Source of the DNA: Armatimonadota bacterium
GTDB taxonomy: Bacteria > Sysuimicrobiota > Sysuimicrobiia > Sysuimicrobiales > Humicultoraceae
Assembly: GCA_037443365.1 (NCBI GenBank)
Contig: JBBIOM010000011.1
Coordinates: 1 to 52,462 of the forward strand
DNA length: 52,462 nucleotides
Direction: 5' to 3'
Made by a program: the position numbers and the translations under genes. The notes beneath the pieces were generated by a model, which made no database searches, was not told where the DNA came from, and saw nothing but the letters and a program-made list of their open reading frames with translations. Each line of letters begins with the position of its first letter. The stretch's first letter is position 1. Of the stretch, positions 36,972 to 46,466 are shown piece after piece.

Positions 36972-37790
36972 CTACGGGTACCGGGGGAACTTCTTGAAGT
37001 TGGGCCTGCGCTTTTCCAGGTAGGCGTTCCGGCCTTCCTGCGCCTCCTCCGACATGTAGTAGAGCAGCGTGGCGTCGCCGCCCAGTTGCACCAGCCCTGC
37101 CAGGCCGTCGGTGTCGGCGTTGAACGCTGCCTTGAGCAGGCGCAGGGCGAGCGGGCTCTTCTCGAGCAGTTCCCTGGCCCAGGCCACGGCCTCCTCCTCG
37201 AGGCGCGCAAGGGGAACCACGGCGTTCGCCAGACCCATCTCCAGGGCCTCTTGCGCGCTGTACTGCCTGCAGAGGTACCACATCTCGCGGGCCTTCTTGT
37301 GACCAACGATGCGCGCGAGGTACGTCGAGCCGTAGCCGGCGTCGAAGCTGCCGACCTTCGGGCCGGTCTGCCCGAAGATCGCGTTGTCGGCGGCGATCGT
37401 CAGATCGCAGACCGTGGCGAGCACGTTCCCGCCGCCGATGGCGTATCCGGCCACCACCGCTATCACCGGCTTGGGCAGGGTGCGGATCTGACGCTGCAGG
37501 TCGAGCACGTTCAACCGGGGGATCTTGTCCCCACCGACGTAGCCCGCGTCGCCCCGCACGCGCTGGTCGCCCCCGGAGCAGAACGCCTGGTCGCCGGCGC
37601 CGGTCAGGAGCACCACGCCGATCGTGGAGTCGTCGCGCGCGTCCGCGAAGGCATGCATCAACTCCACAACTGTCTCCGGCCGGAAGGCGTTGCGCACCTC
37701 GGGACGGTTGATTGTGATCCTGGCGATGCCCTCGGAGTGCTCGTAGATGATGTCGTTGTAGTCCCTGACCTTCGTCCACTTCACGGACAT
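36972..37790 (-). CDS. menB: 1,4-dihydroxy-2-naphthoyl-CoA synthase
   Basis: [30 protein letters not shown] and EAQEGRNAY. Confidence 0.97.
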   Translation of the reverse strand: MSVKWTKVRDYNDIIYEHSEGIARITINRPEVRNAFRPETVVELMHAFADARDDSTIGVVLLTGAGDQAFCSGGDQRVRGDAGYVGGDKIPRLNVLDLQRQIRTLPKPVIAVVAGYAIGGGNVLATVCDLTIAADNAIFGQTGPKVGSFDAGYGSTYLARIVGHKKAREMWYLCRQYSAQEALEMGLANAVVPLARLEEEAVAWARELLEKSPLALRLLKAAFNADTDGLAGLVQLGGDATLLYYMSEEAQEGRNAYLEKRRPNFKKFPRYP

Positions 37791-37797
37791 GGCATCC

Positions 37798-38616
37798 TCA
37801 CCCCATTCTCCCAGCAAGGAAATCGAGCACGAGACTGCAGAACCGCTCTGGCTGCTCCAGGTGCACCGCGTGCCCGGCGTCGGGAACGATCTCCAGACGC
37901 GCGCGCGGTATCATGGCGCGCATCTCCTCTCCCAGCGCGCAGTAGGCGGGGTCGAGCGCGCCCGCTATCAGCAGCGTGGCTGCGCGGACCGCCGGGAGAT
38001 GCTCGCGCATGTCGGGCTGCGCGCCCTGCCCCAGCCCGCGCAGGCTGTTGGCCAGCCCTGCGGGGTTGTTCTGAAGCCGGCGGGCGCGCAGTTCCCGGCG
38101 CGCCTGTTCGGGCAGCGCTGCCTGGCTTGCGAAGAGCGGCAGGCGCTCCCACCGATCCACGAACGCCCCGACTCCATCCTGCTCGATCGCCGCGGCCAGC
38201 GCGGCATCCGTGGCGGTGCGCTCGCGCCGGGAGGAGGCGTCACGGATCCCGGGCGAGGCGCTCTCCAGGACGAGCGCGTCCAGCCGCTCGGGCGCGACGA
38301 TCGCCAGCGCGATCGCAACGCGTCCGCCCATCGAGTAGCCAAGAAGGCTCGCACGCCCGATCCCCAGGGCGTCCAGCACCCCCAGCACGTCCTCGGCGGC
38401 GTGGCCGATCCCGTAGCGCGAGGGATCGTCAGGCGCATCGGATCGCCCGTGGCCCAGCAGGTCCACCGCTACCGTGGTGTGGCGCGCCGCGAAAGCGGCG
38501 GCGTGCTCGGCCCAGCCCGCTGCGCTGCCGGTGAAGCCGTGCAGCAGCACGAGCGGCGGCCCCTCGCCGGACTGCTCGACGTTGAGATGCACGCCGTTTG
38601 CAGGGATCCGCGGCAT
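37798..38616 (-). CDS. menH: SHCHC synthase
   Basis: LHGFTG, DLLGHG, GYSMGGR, LESASPG and GHAVHLE. Confidence 0.93.
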   Translation of the reverse strand: MPRIPANGVHLNVEQSGEGPPLVLLHGFTGSAAGWAEHAAAFAARHTTVAVDLLGHGRSDAPDDPSRYGIGHAAEDVLGVLDALGIGRASLLGYSMGGRVAIALAIVAPERLDALVLESASPGIRDASSRRERTATDAALAAAIEQDGVGAFVDRWERLPLFASQAALPEQARRELRARRLQNNPAGLANSLRGLGQGAQPDMREHLPAVRAATLLIAGALDPAYCALGEEMRAMIPRARLEIVPDAGHAVHLEQPERFCSLVLDFLAGRMG

Positions 38617-40451
38617 CAGAGGGTACCCCCAGTGGTCGCGGCCGGCGAGGAGGCGCGCAGGGCGGCCTCGACCGCCTGCCACACCTCGCGGTGGCGCACG
38701 ACGTTGCGATCCCGCGCGGTGCGCACCTCCACTATGGCCAGCCCCGGCGAGGAGATGCCTTCCCGCACCTGTGACCTGAAGCCGGCCCACGAATCCGCGC
38801 GTGAATACGACGCGCCGTAGAGAGTGGCGACGTGCCTGAAGTCAAGGCCGTGGGGCGTGCCGAAGAGCGCCTCGAAGTGCTCGGGGTACTCGGCCTGCGG
38901 AAGGAACGAGAATATCCCGCCGCCGTCGTTGTTGACCAGCACGATGGTGGCGTCGAGCGCGTACAGCTTCGCCGCCAGCAGGCCGTTCTGGTCGTGGTAG
39001 AAGGACAGGTCCCCGAGCACCAGGACCACCGGCCCGCAGGACGCGGCCACACCCAGCGCGCTCGAGACCAGCCCGTCGATTCCGCTGGCACCGCGGTTCC
39101 CCAGGAACCGGATCCTGCGCGACACCCCCGGGAAGAAGGTGTCGAGGTCGCGCACCGGCATGCTGTTGCCCACGTAGAGCACCGCGCCGTCGGGCAGCAG
39201 ATCGGACAGCTCGGCGAAGACCTTGCCCTCGAAGGGCTCCTCCAGCGCGTCCAGATGTCGCCTGATGGCCAGCCGGGCCCGCGCACCCAGGTCCTGCCAG
39301 AGGGGCAGCCAGGCGCGCCGCGCCCGCTCGACGGAATCCGGCCCGCGCCCCTCGGGCGTTCGATCTCCCAGCGCGTCGAGCAAGGCCCGGCAGAGCAAGA
39401 CAGGATCGGCGTGCGCGAACTCCGCGGCCAGGCGCGAGGGGTCGTTCCACTCGGCGCCCGGATCCACGACGATCTGCCGGGCGGCACCGTGCGATTCGAG
39501 ATAGCGCACGAGCGGCTTCGAGGCGGGAGCGGCTCCGAAGCGCAGGACGACCTCCGGGGACGGGATCTCCTCCGCGCACGCGGTGCGCAGCAGCGCGTCG
39601 TAGGCATCAACAACCGGCCCGCGTGTGTGAGATCCGCAGCGCACCTGCGAGAGGGGATCGGCCAGCACCGGGTAGCCCAGCGCCATGCCCAGACGGCAGA
39701 CGGCCTCGGGCAGCAAGGGATCGTCCTGTGGCCCGCAGACAATCAGGCCGCGCCGCGCCGCCAGCTCTTGGGCGAGGGCAGCGGCGAGCGCGGGCTCGAG
39801 AGCCCTCTGCGCCGGGCTTGCCGTGGCCCAGCGGCGTCCTGCATCGCGCCCGCTCCAGGCGGCACGGTCGCGCTTCTCCTCCGGAGGGATCTCGTGGGGA
39901 GCGGGAACCGGCACCAGCGGCTCTCTCAGCGGGAAGTTGAGGTGGACCGCGCCCGCGGGCGCGCCTGCGGCCGCCGCCACCGCGCGCGCGGCCGTGCCGC
40001 GGGCGTAGCGCAGCATCAGGTCGGTGGCCTCCGGCATCGCCACATCCGCGAACCACTTGGCGTGCGTTCCGTAGAGGCGCACCTGGTCAATCGTTTGGGA
40101 CGCCCCGATATCGCGCAGCTCGTGCGGGCGGTCGGCGGTAAGCACCACCAGCGGCACGCGGCCGTATCGCGCCTCGATCACCGCGGGCAGGAAGTTGCCC
40201 GCCGCGGTGCCGGAGGTCGAGAGCAGGGCCACTGGGCCGCGGCGACCCTTCGCCAGCCCCAGGGCGAAGAACCCGGCAGACCGCTCGTCAATCAGCGTCC
40301 AGACCCTTATGCCGGGATGGCGCGCCGCGCACAACGCGATGGGCGTCGAGCGCGATCCCGGGCACAGGACCAGGTCCGTCACGCCGCAGCGTGTGAGCTC
40401 GTCCACCACGGCGCCGATATAGGCGTAGGTCGCGTTCTCGGGAGCGCTCAC
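38616..40451 (-). CDS. menD: SEPHCHC synthase
   Basis: CPGSRSTP, DERSAGFFALG, TSGTAA, ADRP, NRGASGIDG and GDLSF..NNDGGGIF. Confidence 0.97.
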   Translation of the reverse strand: MSAPENATYAYIGAVVDELTRCGVTDLVLCPGSRSTPIALCAARHPGIRVWTLIDERSAGFFALGLAKGRRGPVALLSTSGTAAGNFLPAVIEARYGRVPLVVLTADRPHELRDIGASQTIDQVRLYGTHAKWFADVAMPEATDLMLRYARGTAARAVAAAAGAPAGAVHLNFPLREPLVPVPAPHEIPPEEKRDRAAWSGRDAGRRWATASPAQRALEPALAAALAQELAARRGLIVCGPQDDPLLPEAVCRLGMALGYPVLADPLSQVRCGSHTRGPVVDAYDALLRTACAEEIPSPEVVLRFGAAPASKPLVRYLESHGAARQIVVDPGAEWNDPSRLAAEFAHADPVLLCRALLDALGDRTPEGRGPDSVERARRAWLPLWQDLGARARLAIRRHLDALEEPFEGKVFAELSDLLPDGAVLYVGNSMPVRDLDTFFPGVSRRIRFLGNRGASGIDGLVSSALGVAASCGPVVLVLGDLSFYHDQNGLLAAKLYALDATIVLVNNDGGGIFSFLPQAEYPEHFEALFGTPHGLDFRHVATLYGASYSRADSWAGFRSQVREGISSPGLAIVEVRTARDRNVVRHREVWQAVEAALRASSPAATTGGTL

Positions 40452-41899
40452 GCAGGTTCCTCCTTGATTCCAAGCGCCGACATCATGGGCGCCAGCTTCA
40501 GGCGGGATTCGGCGTACTCCGCGTCGGGGTCGGAACCCGCGACGATCCCGCACCCCGCGTAGAGCACGGCCAGATCGGCGCGCAGGAGCGCCGATCGGAT
40601 GCCGACCGCGAACTCGCCCTCGCCCCTCTGGTCCAGCCAGCCGACCGGCCCGGCATACCAGCCCCGCTCGAAGCCCTCGTGCCCGCGTATCCACGCAAGT
40701 GCCTCGGCGCGCGGAACCCCTCCCACAGCCGGGGTGGGGTGCAGGCGGGCGACCAGATCAAGCAGCGCCGTGCCGGGCTCCATCCTCGCGCGGAGCATGG
40801 TGCACAAGTGCTGCGCGTTCGCCAGCCTAACAAGCCCGGGGCCGTCTTCGACCGAGACATCGTGGCACGCGCCAGCGAGATCCTCGCGCAGGAGGTCCAC
40901 CACGGCGGCGTGTTCGAGCCGGTCCTTTCCGCTGGCCAGCAGCATCGCGCCGAGACGCCGGTCTTCGTCCTCATCGCTCCCCCTGGGCGCGGTCCCGGCC
41001 AGGGCCATGGCGCTTACCTCGCCGCCCCGCGCGCGCACGAGGCGTTCGGGCGTCGCGCCCAGGAAGCAGCGATCTGCGTTTGCCATCGCGAACAGCGTGC
41101 AGCCAGGGTAGCCGACATCCAATCTACGGAGCGCCGCGACGGGATCGAAGGGACCGCCGCGCACGCGGACCGAGCGCGCAAGCACGACCTTGCGCAGGAG
41201 TCCTTCCCCGACTGCCCGCGAAGCGGCCGCGACCCCGGTCTTCCAGGCGCCGGGCGATGGACGCTCCTCGATCGCTATCGCGCGCGCAGGAGCCGCGGCG
41301 CCTGCGCGTCCGCATGCCGGTGGCTGATCGCGCAGGCCTTCGAGGAACCGCAGCCCTTCGCCCGTGACCTGATCCGCCTGGTGCTTAGACGGGCCGTCGG
41401 GCGCAACCATCGTGGCGAGGACAGCCCAGTTCTCGCCTTCTGCGCCGGTCACGCAGATTCTGGGCAGGATCATGCACCCTGCCCCGAAGCCCTCCCACTC
41501 AGGACCGGCTGGCTCCTCGGGCGCGAACGCGAATCCTCCGAGCAGCACAGGTCCGGCCTGCGCAGGCTCATCCGGAGCCAGGCATCCCTCGCCAGCGGCG
41601 TCGCGCACCACCCCCTGCCATGCCGCGCCCACCCCCGCGAAGCGCCCCTCCCCCCTGGTGGAGACCGTCCATGCGCTTCCGATGCCGACCAGCCAGTGGG
41701 TCCTCCCCGGTGATGCCAGGAGCATCCGCTCGCGCGCACCGGCGCCGTGCGCAAAGGCAGCGATAGGGTCAACGGGCGGGACGCGCGCGCAAGCCCAGGC
41801 CAGCACAGGCCTCCCGGCCTCGCGCGCCCTGCCGCGTGCCGCGCGGACCGCTGCGCGCAGCCGCTCCTCGAGCCGGGCAGCCAGCGCGCTAGGGCTCAT
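40448..41899 (-). CDS. menF: Isochorismate synthase
   Basis: KVVLAR, GATPERL, ALAGT, KDRLEH, LHPTPAVGG and YAGCGIV. Confidence 0.93.
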   Translation of the reverse strand: MSPSALAARLEERLRAAVRAARGRAREAGRPVLAWACARVPPVDPIAAFAHGAGARERMLLASPGRTHWLVGIGSAWTVSTRGEGRFAGVGAAWQGVVRDAAGEGCLAPDEPAQAGPVLLGGFAFAPEEPAGPEWEGFGAGCMILPRICVTGAEGENWAVLATMVAPDGPSKHQADQVTGEGLRFLEGLRDQPPACGRAGAAAPARAIAIEERPSPGAWKTGVAAASRAVGEGLLRKVVLARSVRVRGGPFDPVAALRRLDVGYPGCTLFAMANADRCFLGATPERLVRARGGEVSAMALAGTAPRGSDEDEDRRLGAMLLASGKDRLEHAAVVDLLREDLAGACHDVSVEDGPGLVRLANAQHLCTMLRARMEPGTALLDLVARLHPTPAVGGVPRAEALAWIRGHEGFERGWYAGPVGWLDQRGEGEFAVGIRSALLRADLAVLYAGCGIVAGSDPDAEYAESRLKLAPMMSALGIKEEPA

Positions 41900-42491
41900 C
41901 GCCAGCCCTCGCGCCGACGCTGCGCAACAGCACGGTCCGCAGGGCCGGCAGCACTTCCAGCAGGTCCGCGCTCGCGGCCATCCGTTGCGTCAGCACCTCG
42001 TTGATCGCGCCGATCCACGCCGCGGATGCGGTCTGCGTATCCTGCGCGGGGATAGAGCCGTCGGCGGATGCGCGATCGAGGTGCCGCTGGATGAGCGCGG
42101 CGAACCTCCTGTGGATCCCCAGGCGGCTCTGCTCGAACTCGGGACCAAGCGCCGCCGACTCAACAAGCAGTATCCTGGCCAGGTCGCGGTGCGAGGCAGC
42201 GACCTCCAGCACGACCCGCAGCGCGGCCTCGACCTTGGGTAGGGCCCCGTCCTCGCTCTCGATGGCGCGGTCCACGCCCGCCTCGACCATGCCGGCAAGC
42301 TGGTCGAGCAGCGCCAGAAAGATGCCCTGCTTGCTGCGGAAGTAGTGGTAGAAGGCCCCCTTGGAGGAGACGGACGCGGCCACGATGTCATCCACGGTGG
42401 TGCCGTGGTATCCGCGCGCGGCAAAGACCTCCAGGGCCGCCTGGACCAGCCGGTCGCGGGTTGCGGAGTGCGTGTTGGCACGGCGGGCCAT
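41889..42491 (-). CDS. TetR/AcrR family transcriptional regulator
   Basis: N-terminal HTH GYHGTTVDDIV...SKGAFYHYFRSK; RBS GGAGG; overlaps menF. Confidence 0.95.
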   Translation of the reverse strand: MARRANTHSATRDRLVQAALEVFAARGYHGTTVDDIVAASVSSKGAFYHYFRSKQGIFLALLDQLAGMVEAGVDRAIESEDGALPKVEAALRVVLEVAASHRDLARILLVESAALGPEFEQSRLGIHRRFAALIQRHLDRASADGSIPAQDTQTASAAWIGAINEVLTQRMAASADLLEVLPALRTVLLRSVGARAGDEP

Positions 42492-42533
42492 CGCGCGGGG
42501 GACCTCCTGCTATGGCGGCCGGGCGCTGCCCGC

Positions 42534-42563
42534 CGACATAGACCGACGCGTCGGTCTATGTCG
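42534..42563. promoter_or_regulatory. Perfect 30-bp palindrome, probable TetR operator
   Basis: CGACATAGACCGACG|CGTCGGTCTATGTCG, directly downstream of the minus-strand -10. Confidence 0.8.
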
Positions 42564-42592
42564 AGGGTACGCGGGACGGATGCCTGTGTCAA
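42564..42592 (-). promoter_or_regulatory. Sigma70 promoter of tetR-men operon
   Basis: Minus-strand TTGACA (42592-42587), 17 nt, TACCCT (42569-42564). Confidence 0.75.
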
Positions 42593-42676
42593 CACTTCGA
42601 AGCAGCGCCGGCGTGCAGGCGAGAAGCCCGGGCACGGGGAACCATGTCAAGACAGCCAGGCTGCAGGAGGTGCGCC

Positions 42677-43888
42677 GTGCCAGAGCCGTCTGACCGCGAA
42701 CGTGCGATCAGCGCCTACGCTGGTGAGGTTCGAGCCTTTCACGCTCTGTTCGCAGGCGTGCTCGTGCTGATCGCGGTGCTGCACGCGGGCGTGGTAGTCC
42801 CCCACCTTCAAAGTCGCAGGGCGGCATCCCAGATTGCCGAAACGCTTGCACTCGTCGAAGGGGAAGCGGCATCGAACGAGGCGGTGGCGAAAATAGCGGA
42901 GGCGGCCGCAGGCGCGCTCACGGAGTTCCGGGACGCGCTGGATTCGGGACCGGCGGCGCTGCGGCGCGACATCGCTGAACTGATGGCGCGATCCCGCGCG
43001 GACGCGCAGGCGTCGGAGAGCATCGGGGAGGCGATCCGGCAACTGATCGGCCAGCGGGTCGAGGCACTGAGCACCGCTCTGGACGGAGTGCTGGGTCCCC
43101 TGCGGGTGCTGCAGAACCCGCCGTCCGGGATCGCTGAGGCGCTCCGCGCCGGAGAGCAAGACCTTGCGCGCCACGTCCTTGCCCTCAACGAGGTGCTGCG
43201 CGAGGCGTATGCGGCCGATACAGGCTTCTGGCAGCGCTTGGGCAGCCCTGGATCCTCGTTTGGCCCGGCCTCACAGCGCGCGGAGGAGACCGTGCGAGAG
43301 GTCGAACGGGCACGGAGATCGCTGGAGGGCCTGCTCAGGGCGGCATCGGCCGCGGCGAAGAACCGACAACCGGTGCTGCAGGCGCGCTCCGCCGAACTGG
43401 CAGCCAGGCAGCGCCATCTCAACGCGCGCTTGGCCGGGGTGAACTCGCCGCCCTGGTCCTTTCCACCGAGCCCTGACGATCTCGCACGCCTCTTCCCGAT
43501 CCTGGCGGGTGCCCTCACCCTGACGGTGTTCTTCCGGCTTCGGCGCATCCTCGCGCTGCGCCGCGCTCAGGAGGGAATCAGTCTCGACCTGCTGGCACCG
43601 TCGTGGGTTGTGGGAACACGCAGCACGCCAGGAGCATGGTGGGCGTTGATACTGGTCTGCGCGCCGCTTGTGGCTACAATCCACGCTTCGGTGATCGCGT
43701 TGGGGGACCCAGGGTTGTTCGTAACGGTCATGGGAGACCCTAGCGCCAGCTCCGCGGTCGCCTTCGGGGCGGCCTACGCGGTGCTCGTGCTGGTGGGCAT
43801 GTGCCAGCTGCCCGCGGTCACGCGAGGGCTCGTGGGCACGCCGCAGCGGCGGGCACAGGGAAAGCCCGGACGTGGGGCCTCGGGCTAG
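42677..43888 (+). CDS. Hypothetical membrane protein with long helical domain
   Basis: N-terminal TM helix, long Ala/Leu/Glu helical region and about 3 C-terminal TM helices; AGGAGG before GTG 42677. Confidence 0.7.
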   Translation: MPEPSDRERAISAYAGEVRAFHALFAGVLVLIAVLHAGVVVPHLQSRRAASQIAETLALVEGEAASNEAVAKIAEAAAGALTEFRDALDSGPAALRRDIAELMARSRADAQASESIGEAIRQLIGQRVEALSTALDGVLGPLRVLQNPPSGIAEALRAGEQDLARHVLALNEVLREAYAADTGFWQRLGSPGSSFGPASQRAEETVREVERARRSLEGLLRAASAAAKNRQPVLQARSAELAARQRHLNARLAGVNSPPWSFPPSPDDLARLFPILAGALTLTVFFRLRRILALRRAQEGISLDLLAPSWVVGTRSTPGAWWALILVCAPLVATIHASVIALGDPGLFVTVMGDPSASSAVAFGAAYAVLVLVGMCQLPAVTRGLVGTPQRRAQGKPGRGASG

Positions 43889-44718
43889 CCGGCCTCGTGC
43901 GCGCGCGCCTGTCCGGCGAGCAACTGCACCATGACAGGATGCAGCAGGCCGTTGGACGCCAGCAGTTCGGTCCGGAGCGAGCGTAGCGGCCGTCCTGCCC
44001 AGTCGCTGATCCGACCGCCGGCCTCCTCTACCATCAGGATCCCAGCGGCCACGTCCCAGGGTTGCAGCCCGGGCTCCCAGAACGCGTCGAGGCGACCCGC
44101 GGCCAGGTACGCCAGGTGGATAGCGGCCGCGCCCATGATCCGCACCTCGAGCGAGCGCAGGATGAGCGGGCCGATGGTGGGCAGGTGCCGGCTGCGCTCG
44201 GGCTCGCTCGGGAGCCCGGTCGCCACCAAGGCCTGGCCCAACTCCGCCGCGCCGGAGACCGCCAGCCTGATCGGCGCGGCGCCATCGCACAGCAGGTAGG
44301 CCCCCCGGCCGCGCTCGCTCACGAAGTACTCGCCAAGAGGCGGGATCGCGATCACGCCGCACCGCACGACCCCGCGGTCCTCCAGCGCGATCGAGACCGC
44401 AAACCAGGGGATACCGTGCGCGAAGTTGGCGGTCCCGTCTATGGGATCCACGATCCAGCACGGCCCCTCCCCCCTGGCCGCGATGCCCTCCTCGCCCAGC
44501 AGCCCGTGCTCCGGAAAGCGTGCGCGGATGCGCGCCGCTATCAGCCGCTCGGCTTCATGATCAGCCCTTGTGACGAGGTCGGTGGGGGTCTTGAGGTGAA
44601 CCTGCTTATCTGTTGGGGATTCGGGCAGGATGCCCATGACCAGAGCCGCGGCCTGGCGCGCGGTCTCCAGGGCAAACGCGGCCGTCTCGGAGAGACCCAG
44701 CCGGGCGAGCGCGCTCAT
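43885..44718 (-). CDS. Inositol monophosphatase family protein (SuhB-like)
   Basis: DLVT, GEE, WIVDPIDGTANF and WDVAAG. Confidence 0.93.
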   Translation of the reverse strand: MSALARLGLSETAAFALETARQAAALVMGILPESPTDKQVHLKTPTDLVTRADHEAERLIAARIRARFPEHGLLGEEGIAARGEGPCWIVDPIDGTANFAHGIPWFAVSIALEDRGVVRCGVIAIPPLGEYFVSERGRGAYLLCDGAAPIRLAVSGAAELGQALVATGLPSEPERSRHLPTIGPLILRSLEVRIMGAAAIHLAYLAAGRLDAFWEPGLQPWDVAAGILMVEEAGGRISDWAGRPLRSLRTELLASNGLLHPVMVQLLAGQARAHEAG

Positions 44719-45866
44719 GCGGCAGGGGCGCCCGGCAGGAGGGAGACGGGAGTCGCCGGCGCCCGCTTGCCCCACAGCGCAAGCCCAACCGCGCCGACCC
44801 CGAGCGCGACCGCCAGCAGCCGGAGGAGGACCCCCACCACGGGCAGGTTCGTGGCGACGGCGATCACCCCGACACCCACGGCCGCCGCCGCGTAACGCGA
44901 ATCGAGCCGAGGGGCAATGCGCTGACCGATTGCCAGCGCCACCGCGGCGTGGCTCGCGAACAGCGCCAGTATGTGGATCAGCACGAGCACGGCAGCCACC
45001 GGGATGCCGATCAGCATGATCACGAGCACCAGGACGGCGGCCGGAACCGCAACCAGCATGAGGAATCCCCATCCAAGGGACGCCCAGGGACGCCGGCGCA
45101 GCGCGTCCGAGGTGGCCTGCACGCCTCCCGGCGCAACACCCACCAGCACCAGCGCCAGGACGAGCATCCAGAGGAAGTCGAAGACCCCGAACGCCACCCT
45201 GGCCCCCTGCACCGCCGCGCGGGAGGGCATGGGCCGGGTCGGGTACGGCTCCTTCACCACGCTGCCGGTCACGCGCGCCTCCTGCACGATCAGCGCCGGA
45301 CGTTCGCTGCTGTACGTCAGGTTGCCGCCTATCGCGGCCTGGGGGGTCACGAGCAGTTCCCCTGCGCGCGCCACCACGTTCCCTCCGACGGTCCCTGCGA
45401 TCTCCACGCGTGCCGCACCGGCCCGCAAGTCGCGCCCGGTGGCACCCCTGTGGATGAGCGTGGTCGCGGCCACCGCCAGGTCACGCCTGATGCGGGCCTG
45501 CTGCTCGATCTCAACGGTTCCGCCGGCGGCTACGACGTCACCTCCAACCGTGCCCTCGATCAGCACAGACCCTCCCAGCACCCGCACGCTGGCGCCGATC
45601 GGACCGGAGATCTCGACCGCGCCGGCCAGCACCCACACGTCCCCATCCACCTGGCCGCGCAGCCGCACCTGCCCTCCCACCACCACCAGATCCCCGCGCA
45701 CCCTTCCGTCAATCACCACACGGCCCGAGGCCACGTAAAGGTCATCGTCAACGGTCTGACCCGCGGCTACACGCGTGAGCGGGCCCGTGCGCGTCTCCAT
45801 GCCTGCGACTGGAGATGCGGTCGCGAGCACCAGGATTCCGATCAGCGCAATCATCAGGGAGCGCAC
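44715..45866 (-). CDS. Membrane protein with exported bactofilin-like beta-helix repeats
   Basis: Signal peptide, repeated GDLVVVGG/GDVVAAGG units and C-terminal TM helices. Confidence 0.8.
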   Translation of the reverse strand: MRSLMIALIGILVLATASPVAGMETRTGPLTRVAAGQTVDDDLYVASGRVVIDGRVRGDLVVVGGQVRLRGQVDGDVWVLAGAVEISGPIGASVRVLGGSVLIEGTVGGDVVAAGGTVEIEQQARIRRDLAVAATTLIHRGATGRDLRAGAARVEIAGTVGGNVVARAGELLVTPQAAIGGNLTYSSERPALIVQEARVTGSVVKEPYPTRPMPSRAAVQGARVAFGVFDFLWMLVLALVLVGVAPGGVQATSDALRRRPWASLGWGFLMLVAVPAAVLVLVIMLIGIPVAAVLVLIHILALFASHAAVALAIGQRIAPRLDSRYAAAAVGVGVIAVATNLPVVGVLLRLLAVALGVGAVGLALWGKRAPATPVSLLPGAPAA

Positions 45867-45979
45867 AGGCAGACACCGCCTTCCTTCGCACACTGACTAG
45901 AGGATAGCACGCCCACGGGCGAAGCGGGCAGCGCCTCACCCCGGAGGAGTCCTGCTCTGCCGGACGAACAACCGAGGCG

Positions 45980-46459
45980 ATGGCGGCCATCCAGTTCCGG
46001 CAGGCATCCGCCCGCGACATGGACGAGATCGTCGCGATGTGGGGTGAGCTGGCGGCACATCACGCGCGGCTCGACGAGAACTTCCGGCCGTCGCGCCGCT
46101 GGCAGGAGGAGTACCGCGCGTTCGTCCTGAACCTGCTCGATCGCCAGGACGCCCGCGTCGTCGTTGCCGCAGAGTCCGGTCGGGTGATCGGATACGGGGT
46201 TGGACGCATCTCGACGCTGCCGGCGTTCTTCGCGCTGCGGCGGCGCGGCTACATCCACGACGTGTTCACGCGCGAGCCCTACCGGCGGCGGGGGGCCGGG
46301 CGCGGCATCGTCGAGGCCCTGCTGGCCTGGATGCAGGAATGCGGTGCCCTGACCGCAGAACTCACCGTGGCGGTCCCGAACGAGGAGGCGGTGGCGTTCT
46401 GGACAAGCCTGGGATTCGTTCCCTACATGCACCACTTCAAGCGAGGGTTGCGTTCGTAG
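45980..46459 (+). CDS. GNAT family acetyltransferase
   Basis: YIHDVFTREPYRRRGAG and NEEAVAFWTSLGF. Confidence 0.9.
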   Translation: MAAIQFRQASARDMDEIVAMWGELAAHHARLDENFRPSRRWQEEYRAFVLNLLDRQDARVVVAAESGRVIGYGVGRISTLPAFFALRRRGYIHDVFTREPYRRRGAGRGIVEALLAWMQECGALTAELTVAVPNEEAVAFWTSLGFVPYMHHFKRGLRS

Positions 46460-46466
46460 AACCGCC

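Noticed and set aside
36189-38534. 781-aa plus-strand ORF
   Set aside because: It is antisense to menA/menB/menH with a low-complexity Arg/Ala/Pro translation.
42534-42563. Palindrome as a terminator, CRISPR repeat or IS end
   Set aside because: It is single-copy with no loop or U-tract and no cas or transposase nearby; its position at +1 fits an operator.
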